A stretch of DNA of 64,000 nt. It comes from Fidelibacterota bacterium (GTDB lineage Bacteria; Fidelibacterota; Marinisomatia; Marinisomatales; TCS56). The notes below the pieces were generated by a model, which saw nothing but the letters and a program-made list of their open reading frames with translations, had not been told where the DNA came from and made no database searches. Location of the stretch: assembly GCA_043822705.1 (NCBI GenBank), contig JBDRBK010000115.1, positions 49,993 to 113,992 on the forward strand. Reading direction: 5' to 3'. Positions 28,853 to 38,700 of the stretch are shown here, in pieces (the stretch's first letter is position 1; each line of letters begins with the position of its first letter). The position numbers and the translations under genes are program-made.

Positions 28853-29764
28853 ATGGTTAATAAACCAAAGAAACAGCACTATGTGGCCCGATCATACCTT
28901 AAAGGCTTTTCTAAAGAATATCTCAAACCAATGAGAAACCAAAATAATAATGAATTTTACTTATGGTACTATGATATTGAACGAAATGAATATAGAAAAC
29001 AACATATAAAGGAAGTTGCACAACAAAGATACTTCTATTCATGGATAACAGAAAATGGTACTCGTAATTATAGCTTAGAGGAACACCTTTCAGAAATTGA
29101 ATGCGCAATCTATCCACTAATTTGTGATATTAATACAGTATCAACGGGATTGCAAAGCAGGAAGCAAAAAACTGGTCAAGTTACAATATCTCAAAACGAA
29201 CGTGACTGGTTAATCGAGTATATTAGAATAATGATGGTTAGAGTACCATCAACAATTAATACGATTAGAGATTCGTTGATTGATGAGTTATCAGCATTTA
29301 CTCAAGAAAACGTTAACAGTTCAAGCGAACTCATAAAACATGATTCTCTAATGGTTGCATTTGAAATGGGAACAAAAGATAACAAATTTCTTGATATCCT
29401 TAGAGAACGTGAATTATGGGTGTTTTACCCAGCAGATCAACAAACAAGTTTTATAACTACTGATAGACCAGTCACACGATTTAATAAACTTAACCCAGAT
29501 GGAATAATCTACGACAATACCGAAATATATATACCACTTACTCAAAACTGTTTATTAATGGTGACCGGTGTCGAAAAAAATAAAAATCTTCTTCGATTCA
29601 CCTCAATAAACGATAGGAGTTTAATAAGACGGATGAATCGTTATCTTGCGTCTTTTGCCACTAAAATTGTAATTGGAAGAGATAAAACTTTGTTAATATC
29701 AATTGTGAAAAACCTACAGTTTGATAAACAACCTAAGTATATAGAAGGTAAGTATAAATTTTAG
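28853..29764 (+). CDS. DUF4238 domain protein
   Basis: N-terminal KKQHYVARSYLKGF (the family's HY.P..YL..F signature) and a central SFITTDRPV motif. It lies 14 nt after the upstream gene and is AT-rich. Confidence 0.7.
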   Translation: MVNKPKKQHYVARSYLKGFSKEYLKPMRNQNNNEFYLWYYDIERNEYRKQHIKEVAQQRYFYSWITENGTRNYSLEEHLSEIECAIYPLICDINTVSTGLQSRKQKTGQVTISQNERDWLIEYIRIMMVRVPSTINTIRDSLIDELSAFTQENVNSSSELIKHDSLMVAFEMGTKDNKFLDILRERELWVFYPADQQTSFITTDRPVTRFNKLNPDGIIYDNTEIYIPLTQNCLLMVTGVEKNKNLLRFTSINDRSLIRRMNRYLASFATKIVIGRDKTLLISIVKNLQFDKQPKYIEGKYKF

Positions 29765-29980
29765 ATTATCCATTTGTATGCAATAGTGACTACTATTCTT
29801 TGTATAGAGCAATTTCAAACCACTATAGAGAAACGGTTAAAACGGTTCTATCTGACTTGATGCATTTTTCTTCCAGATAAATCCATGTACTTGGAAATTC
29901 GGTGCCAAACTGATTGATAAAACGTGAATCGACCCACCCCGTGCCGATTACCGGGACACACCTACCAAGAGTGTTATATT

Positions 29981-30008
29981 GTAAGGGCACGATGCATCGT
30001 GCCCCTAC
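29981..30008. repeat. 28-bp near-perfect palindrome GTAAGGGCACGATGCATCGTGCCCCTAC heading tandem array 2
   Basis: One mismatch. The outer arms match the 527-556 palindrome, but the centre differs in a self-complementary way. Confidence 0.9.
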
Positions 30009-30050
30009 CTCCCAGGCCACATAGTGCTAACTGGAAAGGTGGGGAAATAC

Positions 30051-30426
30051 GTGCATTGGCCTGCTAAAACCTGTGTATAGGCCTACTAAAATGCGTGCAT
30101 GGGTCTGGTAAAGCACGCATATAGGCACGGTAAAGTGCGTGTATGGGTCTGGTAAAGCACGCATATGGGCATGGTAAAACGCGTGCACCGGCCAGGCAAA
30201 ACCCGCATATGGAACTGGTAAAGTGCGCGTATGATCACACTAAAACGCGCAGTCAGACCAATCGGAATGCACGGTCGGACCCCTCGGTACATGCGGTCGT
30301 ACCCCTCGGAATGCACGGTCAGACCCCTCGGAACGGTCGGTCAGACCCCCCGGAACGTGCGGTCAGACCCCCCGGAACGTGCGGTCAGACCCCTCGGTAC
30401 GGTCGGTCAGACCCACTGGAATACGT
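30051..30426. repeat. Tandem array 2: ~9 units of 22 bp (G[Y]RTATGGGYCTGGTAAARYRC type) followed by ~8 units of ~22 bp (GGTCAGACCCCTCGGAACGTGC type, some 18/26 bp)
   Basis: Read directly. Type A units start at 30051 + 22n (n=0-8), and type B units run from 30249/30273. Confidence 0.85.
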
Positions 30427-30625
30427 GGTTGGGGACAGGTGTTAGCCGTGGTGATGGATTTATTTTATGAGCACCAGCTTATTGGTCCGGGTGAAGCCGC
30501 TGCCGGTGCGCAGGCGGGGAAGCATGAGCCTGCCTGTGCGACGTAATCCGTCAGTGGGTGGCTGAAGGCGTATCGAAGCATGAGCCTGCTTGTCCGCCAC
30601 TCCCGCCCCGCCGTAACTTCCATCC

Positions 30626-32428
30626 ATGTCCACCGACCATATACGCAATTTTTGCATCATCGCCCATATCGATCACGGTAAGTCGACCCTGGCCGACCGC
30701 CTGCTGGAAGAGACCCACACGCTGACCAAAAAGGAGATGAAGGCCCAGGTGCTGGACAGCATGGACCTGGAGCGCGAGCGTGGCATAACGATCAAGAGCC
30801 ACCCGATCCAGATGCATTACCGCGACCGCGATAAACGTGAGTACGTCCTGAACCTGATCGACACGCCCGGACATGTCGATTTCAGCTATGAGGTCTCGCG
30901 CTCGCTGGCGGCCTGCGAAGGCGCCCTGCTGCTGGTGGACGCCGCCCAGGGGGTGGAGGCCCAGACGGTCAGTAACGCCTACCTGGCGATCGACAACGAC
31001 CTGGTGCTGATCCCGGTGATCAACAAGGTCGATCTGCCGGCGGCCCGGGTGTCCGAGGTGATCGAGCAGATCGTGGAACTGATCGGCTGTTCGGTCGCCG
31101 AAATTATCCAGATCAGCGCCAAGACCGGGCAGGGCACCGCCGATATCTTCCGGGCCGTAATCGACCGCATCCCGCCGCCGCCGGATCATTCCGCGGATCG
31201 GCCGCGGGCCCTGATCTTCGATTCGATGTATGACAACTACCGCGGGGCGATTCCCTACGTGCGGATCGTCGACGGGATCTTGAAACCCGGCCTGACGGCG
31301 AAATTCTTCGGCCATGATTTCACCTATGAAATCACCGAAGTCGGGCATTTCGTCCTGCGGCAGATTCCCTGCGCGGAACTGCGATCGGGCGACGTGGGCT
31401 ATCTGATCGCCAATATCCGCGAAGTCGGACATATCCTGCCCGGCGATACGATCACCACCCGCCAGAACCCGGCGCCGGCAAGGCTGCCGGGGTATAAGAA
31501 AATCAAACCGATGGTGTTTTCCGGGCTGTACCCTTCCGATGCCGACGACTACGACCAACTGCGCCAGGCCCTCGATAAGCTCAAACTCAACGATGCCTCG
31601 CTGGTCTATGAACCGGAAACCAGCGAAGCGCTGGGGTTCGGTTTCCGGGCCGGCTTTTTGGGGCTGCTGCACCTGGAGATCGTTCAGGAACGGCTGGAGC
31701 GGGAGTTCGACATCGATCTGGTCACGACCTCGCCCAATGTGCGCTATCAGGTCCTGGGAAAAGACGGCGACCTGTTAGAGGTCGATACACCGGCGAAAAT
31801 GCCGCCGGCCGGGCAGATCGAGGAAATTCGCGAACCGTTCGTAGATGCGGAAATCATCACCCCCAAGGAATTCATCGGCACGATCATGAAATTGTGCCAG
31901 AATCACCGCGGCACCTATAAGAACACCCATTATCTCTCGGCCGAGAAGGCCCAGGTGCACTACGATCTGCCGTTGGGCGAAATAATTTTCGACTTTTATG
32001 ATAAACTCAAATCGTCCACCCGCGGTTACGCGTCGTTCGACTACAACCTGACCGGCTACCGGGCGGGCGATCTGAAAAAGCTTGATATCCTGATCAATAA
32101 CGAACCGGTGGATGCGCTGTCGAGCATCTGCCATGCCGATGACGCCTACCACCGCGGCGTCGCCCTGACCTCGAAACTGAAGGAACTGATCCCGCGCCAG
32201 ATGTTCGATGTGCCGATCCAGGCCGGCATCGGCACCAGGATCATCTCGCGGGCCAACGTGCGTGCGCTCAAGAAGAATGTGACCGCCAAATGTTACGGTG
32301 GCGATATTTCCCGCAAACGTAAACTGTGGGAAAAGCAGAAAGAGGGTAAGAAGCGCATGAAACAGATCGGCCGGGTCGAAATTCCCCAGGAAGCGCTGCT
32401 GGCGGTGCTGCGCATCGACCGCGAGTAA
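30626..32428 (+). CDS. lepA: Translation elongation factor 4 (LepA)
   Basis: IRNFCIIAHIDHGKSTLADRLL, DTPGHVDF, NKVDL, and a C-terminal LepA-specific region. Confidence 0.95.
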   Translation: MSTDHIRNFCIIAHIDHGKSTLADRLLEETHTLTKKEMKAQVLDSMDLERERGITIKSHPIQMHYRDRDKREYVLNLIDTPGHVDFSYEVSRSLAACEGALLLVDAAQGVEAQTVSNAYLAIDNDLVLIPVINKVDLPAARVSEVIEQIVELIGCSVAEIIQISAKTGQGTADIFRAVIDRIPPPPDHSADRPRALIFDSMYDNYRGAIPYVRIVDGILKPGLTAKFFGHDFTYEITEVGHFVLRQIPCAELRSGDVGYLIANIREVGHILPGDTITTRQNPAPARLPGYKKIKPMVFSGLYPSDADDYDQLRQALDKLKLNDASLVYEPETSEALGFGFRAGFLGLLHLEIVQERLEREFDIDLVTTSPNVRYQVLGKDGDLLEVDTPAKMPPAGQIEEIREPFVDAEIITPKEFIGTIMKLCQNHRGTYKNTHYLSAEKAQVHYDLPLGEIIFDFYDKLKSSTRGYASFDYNLTGYRAGDLKKLDILINNEPVDALSSICHADDAYHRGVALTSKLKELIPRQMFDVPIQAGIGTRIISRANVRALKKNVTAKCYGGDISRKRKLWEKQKEGKKRMKQIGRVEIPQEALLAVLRIDRE

Positions 32429-32499
32429 ATTCGGCTGTGAATGGTCGATCCGCAACTACTGATCACCTGCTGACCGATTGACTGAATGACCACTGACTA

Positions 32500-33222
32500 A
32501 TGACCACCGAGCGCACCTACTGGAACCAATCCCGTTCGCCTTTTTACAGTTTCATATTCATCCTGCCGCTGATCCTGATCTACGAGACCGGCATACTGCT
32601 GCTGTCGGCGGAGGATATGCCCGATCTGCGCAACGGCGCCGACGTCCTGATGCGCCAGATATTCGGCAATTTCGGTATGCTGGGCGCCTATGGCATCGGC
32701 CTGTTGTTCATGACCGGCTTCATCTTCACCTTCCTGCTGCAGAAAAGACGCTGGGCGATCACCAACATCCGCAGCGGTTACCTGCTGGCGATGCTGGCGG
32801 AAAGCCTGGCCTGGGGCGGTATCTTGTTTATTATTTTACGGGGCGCCCAGACCCTGTTGCTGTTTTCCAACGGTAAAACACTGATTCAACAACTGATCCT
32901 GGCAGTGGGGGCCGGTATCTACGAGGAATTTGTATTCCGGGTGCTGCTGATCAGCGGACTGGCGGCCCTGCTGAAATTAATCTTTCAATGGACCGGCCCG
33001 GTTCGCAACACCGGGGCGGTGATCCTGGCAGCCCTGCTGTTTTCGGTTTTTCATTTCATAGGCAGCTTCGGCGACAGCTTCGCCCTGCGGCTGCTGCTGG
33101 TGCGTGCCCTGGCCGGGATCATTTTGGGTCTGATCTACGTTTTAAGAGGATTCGGCATTGCCGCTTACAGTCATGCCTTCTACGATCTGATCGTTCTGAC
33201 GCTGATTACAACGACTGATTGA
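32500..33222 (+). CDS. CPBP-family intramembrane glutamic protease (CAAX protease-like)
   Basis: Multi-TM protein with EEFVFRVLL, FSVFHF and HAFYD motifs. Confidence 0.8.
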   Translation: MTTERTYWNQSRSPFYSFIFILPLILIYETGILLLSAEDMPDLRNGADVLMRQIFGNFGMLGAYGIGLLFMTGFIFTFLLQKRRWAITNIRSGYLLAMLAESLAWGGILFIILRGAQTLLLFSNGKTLIQQLILAVGAGIYEEFVFRVLLISGLAALLKLIFQWTGPVRNTGAVILAALLFSVFHFIGSFGDSFALRLLLVRALAGIILGLIYVLRGFGIAAYSHAFYDLIVLTLITTTD

Positions 33223-33304
33223 ATCAGCCGGGCGACGGCCGGCGGGCGGCGCTTAAGTTGTGAATCAAAACCGATTTCTGGTTAACTTTCTGTATCAATA
33301 GAGG

Positions 33305-34186
33305 ATGAATATGCGACGATTACTGTTAGCGGGATTAACGGCCTTTGGTCTGGCGGCGGGGGCGCCACCGGTGTTCGAAGAACTGGTGTTTTCACTCTGG
33401 CCGGAATACGATCATCCCGGCGTCCTGGTGATTTACAGCGGCCGGCTGGCGGCGGAAAACCTGCCCCAGGTGATCGAATTCCGGGTTCCCGCGGCGACCG
33501 AGCAGGTCCTGGCGGCCGGTGTGCTGGATACCACCCGGGAATTGCGGACCGTGACAATCGAATCCCGCGGGGCGGAGAAATGGGTCAAACTGGAACTGCA
33601 ACGACCCGCTTTTCATTTCGAATTCTACTACAATCCTTTCGGTGATACGCATCAACGGCAGGTCGACTATGAACTGGAATTCGGTCATCCCGTGCCGGCC
33701 TTTATGCTGGCGGTCCAGAAACCGATCATGGCCGAAAATTATACCCTGCCCGAAACCGACATGGAATCTTTTCAGGATCAGCACGGCATGACTTTTTTCC
33801 GGAAACAAATGCCGGCCCTGAAAGCAAATACCGTGAAAAAATTATCCTTCAGCTATGAGAACCATACCGCCGAGACCAGTATCCAGCAGTTACAGAAAAT
33901 GCTGGCGAGTGAAAATGGCGCCCTGGGCGGCGGAATGCCCGGGGGGGCGGAACGTCCGCTGACCGACCGCCATCGTCTGCCGCTGCTGGAACCGTTGCTG
34001 GTGCTGGCGCTGGCAGCAATCGTTTTAGGCGGCCTGTTCTACCGGCAGCGTCGACGGGAAGGGACGGAAGCCGTAGCTTCCGAAAAGACCGGCCGCTTCT
34101 GTACCAAATGCGGTCAGCCGGTGAAACAGCTGGATAAATTCTGCGCCAATTGCGGAGCCCGACAGCATGCTGCCGATCCTGTTTAA
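33305..34186 (+). CDS. Hypothetical secreted/membrane protein with a C-terminal cytoplasmic zinc ribbon
   Basis: Signal peptide, a late TM helix (LLVLALAAIVLGGLFY), then CTKCG...CANCG. Confidence 0.6.
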   Translation: MNMRRLLLAGLTAFGLAAGAPPVFEELVFSLWPEYDHPGVLVIYSGRLAAENLPQVIEFRVPAATEQVLAAGVLDTTRELRTVTIESRGAEKWVKLELQRPAFHFEFYYNPFGDTHQRQVDYELEFGHPVPAFMLAVQKPIMAENYTLPETDMESFQDQHGMTFFRKQMPALKANTVKKLSFSYENHTAETSIQQLQKMLASENGALGGGMPGGAERPLTDRHRLPLLEPLLVLALAAIVLGGLFYRQRRREGTEAVASEKTGRFCTKCGQPVKQLDKFCANCGARQHAADPV

Positions 34187-34919
34187 AATCGGACCGCTGA
34201 AAATCCACAGTTACGGCCTGGCCCTGGTGCTGGCCTTCTATGCCTGCTATTATCTGCTGCACTACGATCTCAAGCGACTGAAATACGATCCGCAACTGGC
34301 GACCGATATTATCTTTTTCGGGGCGGTCTGCGGCATCCTGGGATCGAAAATCTGGTACCTGATCGAGAATATCGGCGCGGTGCTGGCCGATCCGGTGGGA
34401 TTGATTATTTCCGGTTACGGCCTGGTTTTCTTCGGCGGTCTGATCGGCGGCACGCTGGGTGTGACCTGGGTGCTGCTGCGGAATAAGCTGGACTGGCTGA
34501 CTTTCGGCGACATCGTGGCGCCGCTGCTGATTTTGGGTTATGCCATCGGCCGGACCGGCTGCTTCATGAACGGTTGTTGTTACGGCGTCACCACTGCTCT
34601 GCCCTGGGGCATTCACTACCCGCACCTGGGACCGGGGATTCAGGTGCACCCGACCCAGTTGTACGAACTGACGCTGGGCCTGTTGATATTTCTGTTTTTA
34701 TGGCGCCGCCGGCTGCGGCTGAAAACTACCGGCAGCCTGTTTTTTACCTACCTGGTGCTGGCCGGAGCGGAACGGTTTCTAATCGAGTTCATCCGGATTA
34801 ATCCCAAATACCTGTTCAACCTGTCCGGCGCGCAGTGGTTCGCCCTGATCATTATCGCGATCGGAGCCTATTTTCTGAAATACCCGCCGGGAAAGGCTTA
34901 CGGATCAGCGGCGAATTGA
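34167..34919 (+). CDS. lgt: Prolipoprotein diacylglyceryl transferase
   Basis: GPLKIHSYGLALVLAF, the GRTGCFMNGCCYG motif and HPTQLYE. Confidence 0.9.
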   Translation: MLPILFKIGPLKIHSYGLALVLAFYACYYLLHYDLKRLKYDPQLATDIIFFGAVCGILGSKIWYLIENIGAVLADPVGLIISGYGLVFFGGLIGGTLGVTWVLLRNKLDWLTFGDIVAPLLILGYAIGRTGCFMNGCCYGVTTALPWGIHYPHLGPGIQVHPTQLYELTLGLLIFLFLWRRRLRLKTTGSLFFTYLVLAGAERFLIEFIRINPKYLFNLSGAQWFALIIIAIGAYFLKYPPGKAYGSAAN

Positions 34920-34936
34920 TCCGGCGTACGGTCCAG

Positions 34937-35788
34937 ATGCGTATCCGGCTGTTACTGACACTTTTGGGATTGACGATCCTGTTGGGCCAACCGGCGGTAA
35001 CCGTTCTGGAGCGGATCGACTATCCCAAACACTTGAAAAGCGGGTTCCGGCCGGCACTGCTGACCGTCGGCAATAATGGCGCCGTCTACCTGCTGGATCG
35101 GTCCGCGCGCCGACTGGCGCTGATCGGCACGGACGGGACAGTCGGTTACGGCGGCGGTTTCGGCCGCGACCTGGATGCCTTTTTCGATCCGGTGGCCTTG
35201 ACCGCGAATAATCTGGAAATCCTGGTCTGCGACCGCTCCGAAAACCGGCTGCTGCGCTTCGATTACCTGCTGAATTATATCGGGGCGGTAACGACGGGTA
35301 CCGCCACCGGCGACCTGCTGTACCCGGAACAACTGGCGGTCGATTCCTGGGGCGAACTGCTGCTGTATTCCGAAGTACTGGATAAAATCTACAAAATCGC
35401 CGCTGCGACCCCGACGCCGCTGCCGCAGATTGATCTCGACCACCTGAAACTCACGGCCGGCTGCGTGGGAGCCCTTGCCAGCGGACCCGACGGCGATGCC
35501 GGCATTCTGCTGACCTGCCGGCGGGAATTGCGTCTGTACAACCGCTTCGGGCGGCCGGCGGCGGTCTGGCCGCTGCAAATCAGCGGGCCGGAATTGCTGG
35601 TCAATTACCGTGGTAACTGGCTGGTCCTGAATCGGCAGGGACAGTGGCAGACGGTCGGTCGTCAGGCGGTAAGCGGCAGTCTGCCGGAAATAGCGGGAAA
35701 CATTACTGCCTGCGCCGCCTATAAAGATCGACTATACCTGTTGACTGGGGAAACCATATTTGTCGTCCGGATCAGGATTCAACCTTAA
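34937..35788 (+). CDS. Hypothetical secreted protein (possible NHL/beta-propeller-like)
   Basis: Signal peptide MRIRLLLTLLGLTILLG starting at the ATG at 34937. The domain assignment is only a guess. Confidence 0.5.
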   Translation: MRIRLLLTLLGLTILLGQPAVTVLERIDYPKHLKSGFRPALLTVGNNGAVYLLDRSARRLALIGTDGTVGYGGGFGRDLDAFFDPVALTANNLEILVCDRSENRLLRFDYLLNYIGAVTTGTATGDLLYPEQLAVDSWGELLLYSEVLDKIYKIAAATPTPLPQIDLDHLKLTAGCVGALASGPDGDAGILLTCRRELRLYNRFGRPAAVWPLQISGPELLVNYRGNWLVLNRQGQWQTVGRQAVSGSLPEIAGNITACAAYKDRLYLLTGETIFVVRIRIQP

Positions 35789-38700
35789 ACTGATTTCACT
35801 GCTGCTGGCCGGTTGCTGGCAGTTGCCGGCCGCCCGGCCCTTTGAAATCGCCACGGCCCGCGACACCATTATCGTCGTTCCCGCCGATAGTCTGTTGCGG
35901 CTGTCCCACCGACCGCTCATCGCCGGTGAGTTTCAACTGTTCCGGGAGGGCGTCCTGGTTCCCGAGCCGGACCTCTATCCGGTACAGGGGATCGTCCGCC
36001 TGCAGGGCGGGCGCAATGACAGCATCCGTTTTATCGCCTCCTACAACTACCTGTCGCCGTCGCCGCCGCTGACGGTGGGTCCCAGGGTTCTGGATCTGCC
36101 GACATTGACTGCAACGCTGCGCCCGAGCGACCAACCCGACAGTGGAAGGGCAGTGCCATTACCGTCCCCGCTGCCCCCGCAGGATGAATTATTTGCGGCC
36201 GGCAGCATCTACCGGGGTGTGGAACTGTCGCCTTTCGGCGGCACCGATTTCAGCGGCGGCCTGCGGCTGCAATTGCAGGGCCGGCTGGGGCCCGACCTGC
36301 AGGTCAACGGCGTTTTGACCGACGAAAGCCTGCCGATCCAGCCCGAGGGCAACACCCAGACCATCGACGAAATCGACCAGGTCTATCTGCAGGTCAGCCA
36401 CACGCTGGGCAGCGTAACCGCCGGCGACATCGATTTCAATCTGCAGCAGGGGAAATTCCTCAACCTGAACCGGCGGCTCACCGGACTTTCCGGCGTGCTG
36501 GCAACGCAAAAATTTAAGAGTCAGGCGGTTTATGCCGGCGCCAAGGGAAACTACCAGCAGTTGCTGCTCAAGGGCGTGGATGGTTTCCAGGGACCTTATT
36601 CGCTGACCTCAGTCGCCGGCAGTCGTGATATTGTCGTTGTCGCCGGGTCGGAAAAGGTCTATATCGACGGGCAGCGCCTGACTCGTGGTGAGAATAACGA
36701 TTATGTCATCGACTATTCCGTCGGTGAAGTGACCTTCACCGCGCGACGGCTGATTCATGCCGACAGTGATATTCAGGTGGAGTACCAGTATTCCGATTTC
36801 AACTACAGCCGCAGTCTGGTGGGCGCCAACTGGGAATCGGTCGGCAGCGGCAAGGCCAAGTTCGCCATCGGTTGGCTGCGGGAGCAGGACGATACCGGCA
36901 GCGGGCAGCTCAATTTATCGACGGCCGAAACCGACAGTCTGCGCCGTGCCGGCGACCGGGAGATTCATATCGACGGCGCCCAGGCCGATTCCAGCGGCGA
37001 TTATTATTTGCTAGACGGCATATATGTCTATCGTGATTTTGTCGGCGCCGGACAGAGCGCTCCGCGCTTCAATGTCACTTTCCGCAATACCGCCGAACAG
37101 GGCGCATACCGGCGGGCGGTCACTGCCGGTGGTCAGCTGTATTATGAATTTGTACCCGAAACCGAGCGCCACTGGCAGCAGGATCTTTACAGCCCGGTCC
37201 GGGTGTTGACGGCTCCCGAACGGCGACAGTTGCTGCAGGTGACGGCCGATATGCGGCCACTGGACAATCTGGCGGTCACGACCCGGCTGGCGTTGTCGGA
37301 CCAGGATTTGAACCGTCTGTCGGACCGCGATGACGCCGATAATCTGGGCTGGGCCTACGAGTTGAATATCGTGGGGCAGGGAGCCCTGGCCGACCCGGAC
37401 TGGCATTATGACTACCGGGTCAACAACTGGGGGCGCACGGACCGCTTCCGGACTTTGCAGCGGGACCGGGAAGTGCGCTTCGAAAGGGACTGGAATCTGA
37501 CGGATAATAATATAGCCGCCGAGAATCTGCTGAGCGGGGGGATCGGTCTCAGCCGTCGGGAGCTATGGGACATCAACCTGGACTGGTCCCAGTATCGCCG
37601 GGACCGGCACTTGAAGACCAGCCAGGCCGCGACTGTCAGCGGTGGCAGCGGCTGGTTGCCGGAAGTAAATGGCTATTATCGGCGGATGGCGGCGACCGGC
37701 GAAATGCTGCTCCAGACCGGCGGCCGGATCGCCCTGCTGCCGGGCAATTTACACCCCTATTTGGATTATTCGACTGAACTGAACAAGGACCGGTCCCGCT
37801 TCGACCAGCGGATTGCCGGCCTCAACTATGCCACTGCCGGTAGTCAGGCACAACTGGGCATCGGTCGGCGCGCCGATTGGAGCGAAACCGATTCCACCGA
37901 AGCCGGCCTGGAAAGTCTGAGCCGCAATTATTTCGGCAATATCGATCTGGTCCATCGCAGCACCGGTGGCTGGAACCTGGATTTGACTTTCCGGAAAAGT
38001 CTGAAGTCCGAGTACCTGACCGGCCAGGACTATGATTTCGAGCTGCTGCGGACCGACGTCAGTTTCAATAACCGCCAACGGCCGTTGCAGTGGGACCTGA
38101 AAACCAAGCTGGAAGAAACCTTTACCGAGGGCCGGGCCGTGGTCTATGATTCGGTCGGCGTCGGGCTCGGTACGCATCGCTATGATTCCGGATTTAATGA
38201 GTATGTGCCGGACCTGAACGGTGCGTACATCGGTTATTCCGTACCAACCGGTGATCGCAGTCCCACCACCCGCTTCGACGGTATTCAACGGTTGCGCTTT
38301 GATTTCAGTCGCACGGGCTGGACGCGATTGCACGGACTAAGCGCCCGGCTGGAACTGCGCTCGGAATTCCGTGGTCGTCGTTTTGGAACCTCCCGTCTGG
38401 TACGGCCCGGCCTCGGTGACGATGGCATCAGTCGCGCCCAGTGGAATGCCTTGACCGAGATCGATCTGCAACTGCGCGGTTCCGGGCGACGTATCCGGGC
38501 CTGGAACCGCCAGGGGCGGGACCTGAACGGTCTGGACCCCCGGGGCAGTGATCTGAAACGGGAGCGGGAAATCGGGATCGATCTCACCCGGACGGTCAGC
38601 AAAAATATCCAGGCAGTGACGCGCCTGGAGCAGCGGGATGTCCTGGTCAATTCATCGCTGTCGGCCTTGCGCCGGCGGGCGGTGAACGGCTACTGGCTGG

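Noticed and set aside
29823-30020. 65-aa minus-strand ORF between the DUF4238 gene and array 2
   Set aside because: It includes the 28-bp palindrome and has no RBS or recognisable motif. It may be a gene remnant, but that is unsupported.
30086-30470. ORFs 30086-30316(-), 30143-30445(+) and 30231-30470(+)
   Set aside because: All lie within tandem array 2. Their repetitive R/T/G/P-rich translations arise from the repeat, and there are no start-site signals.
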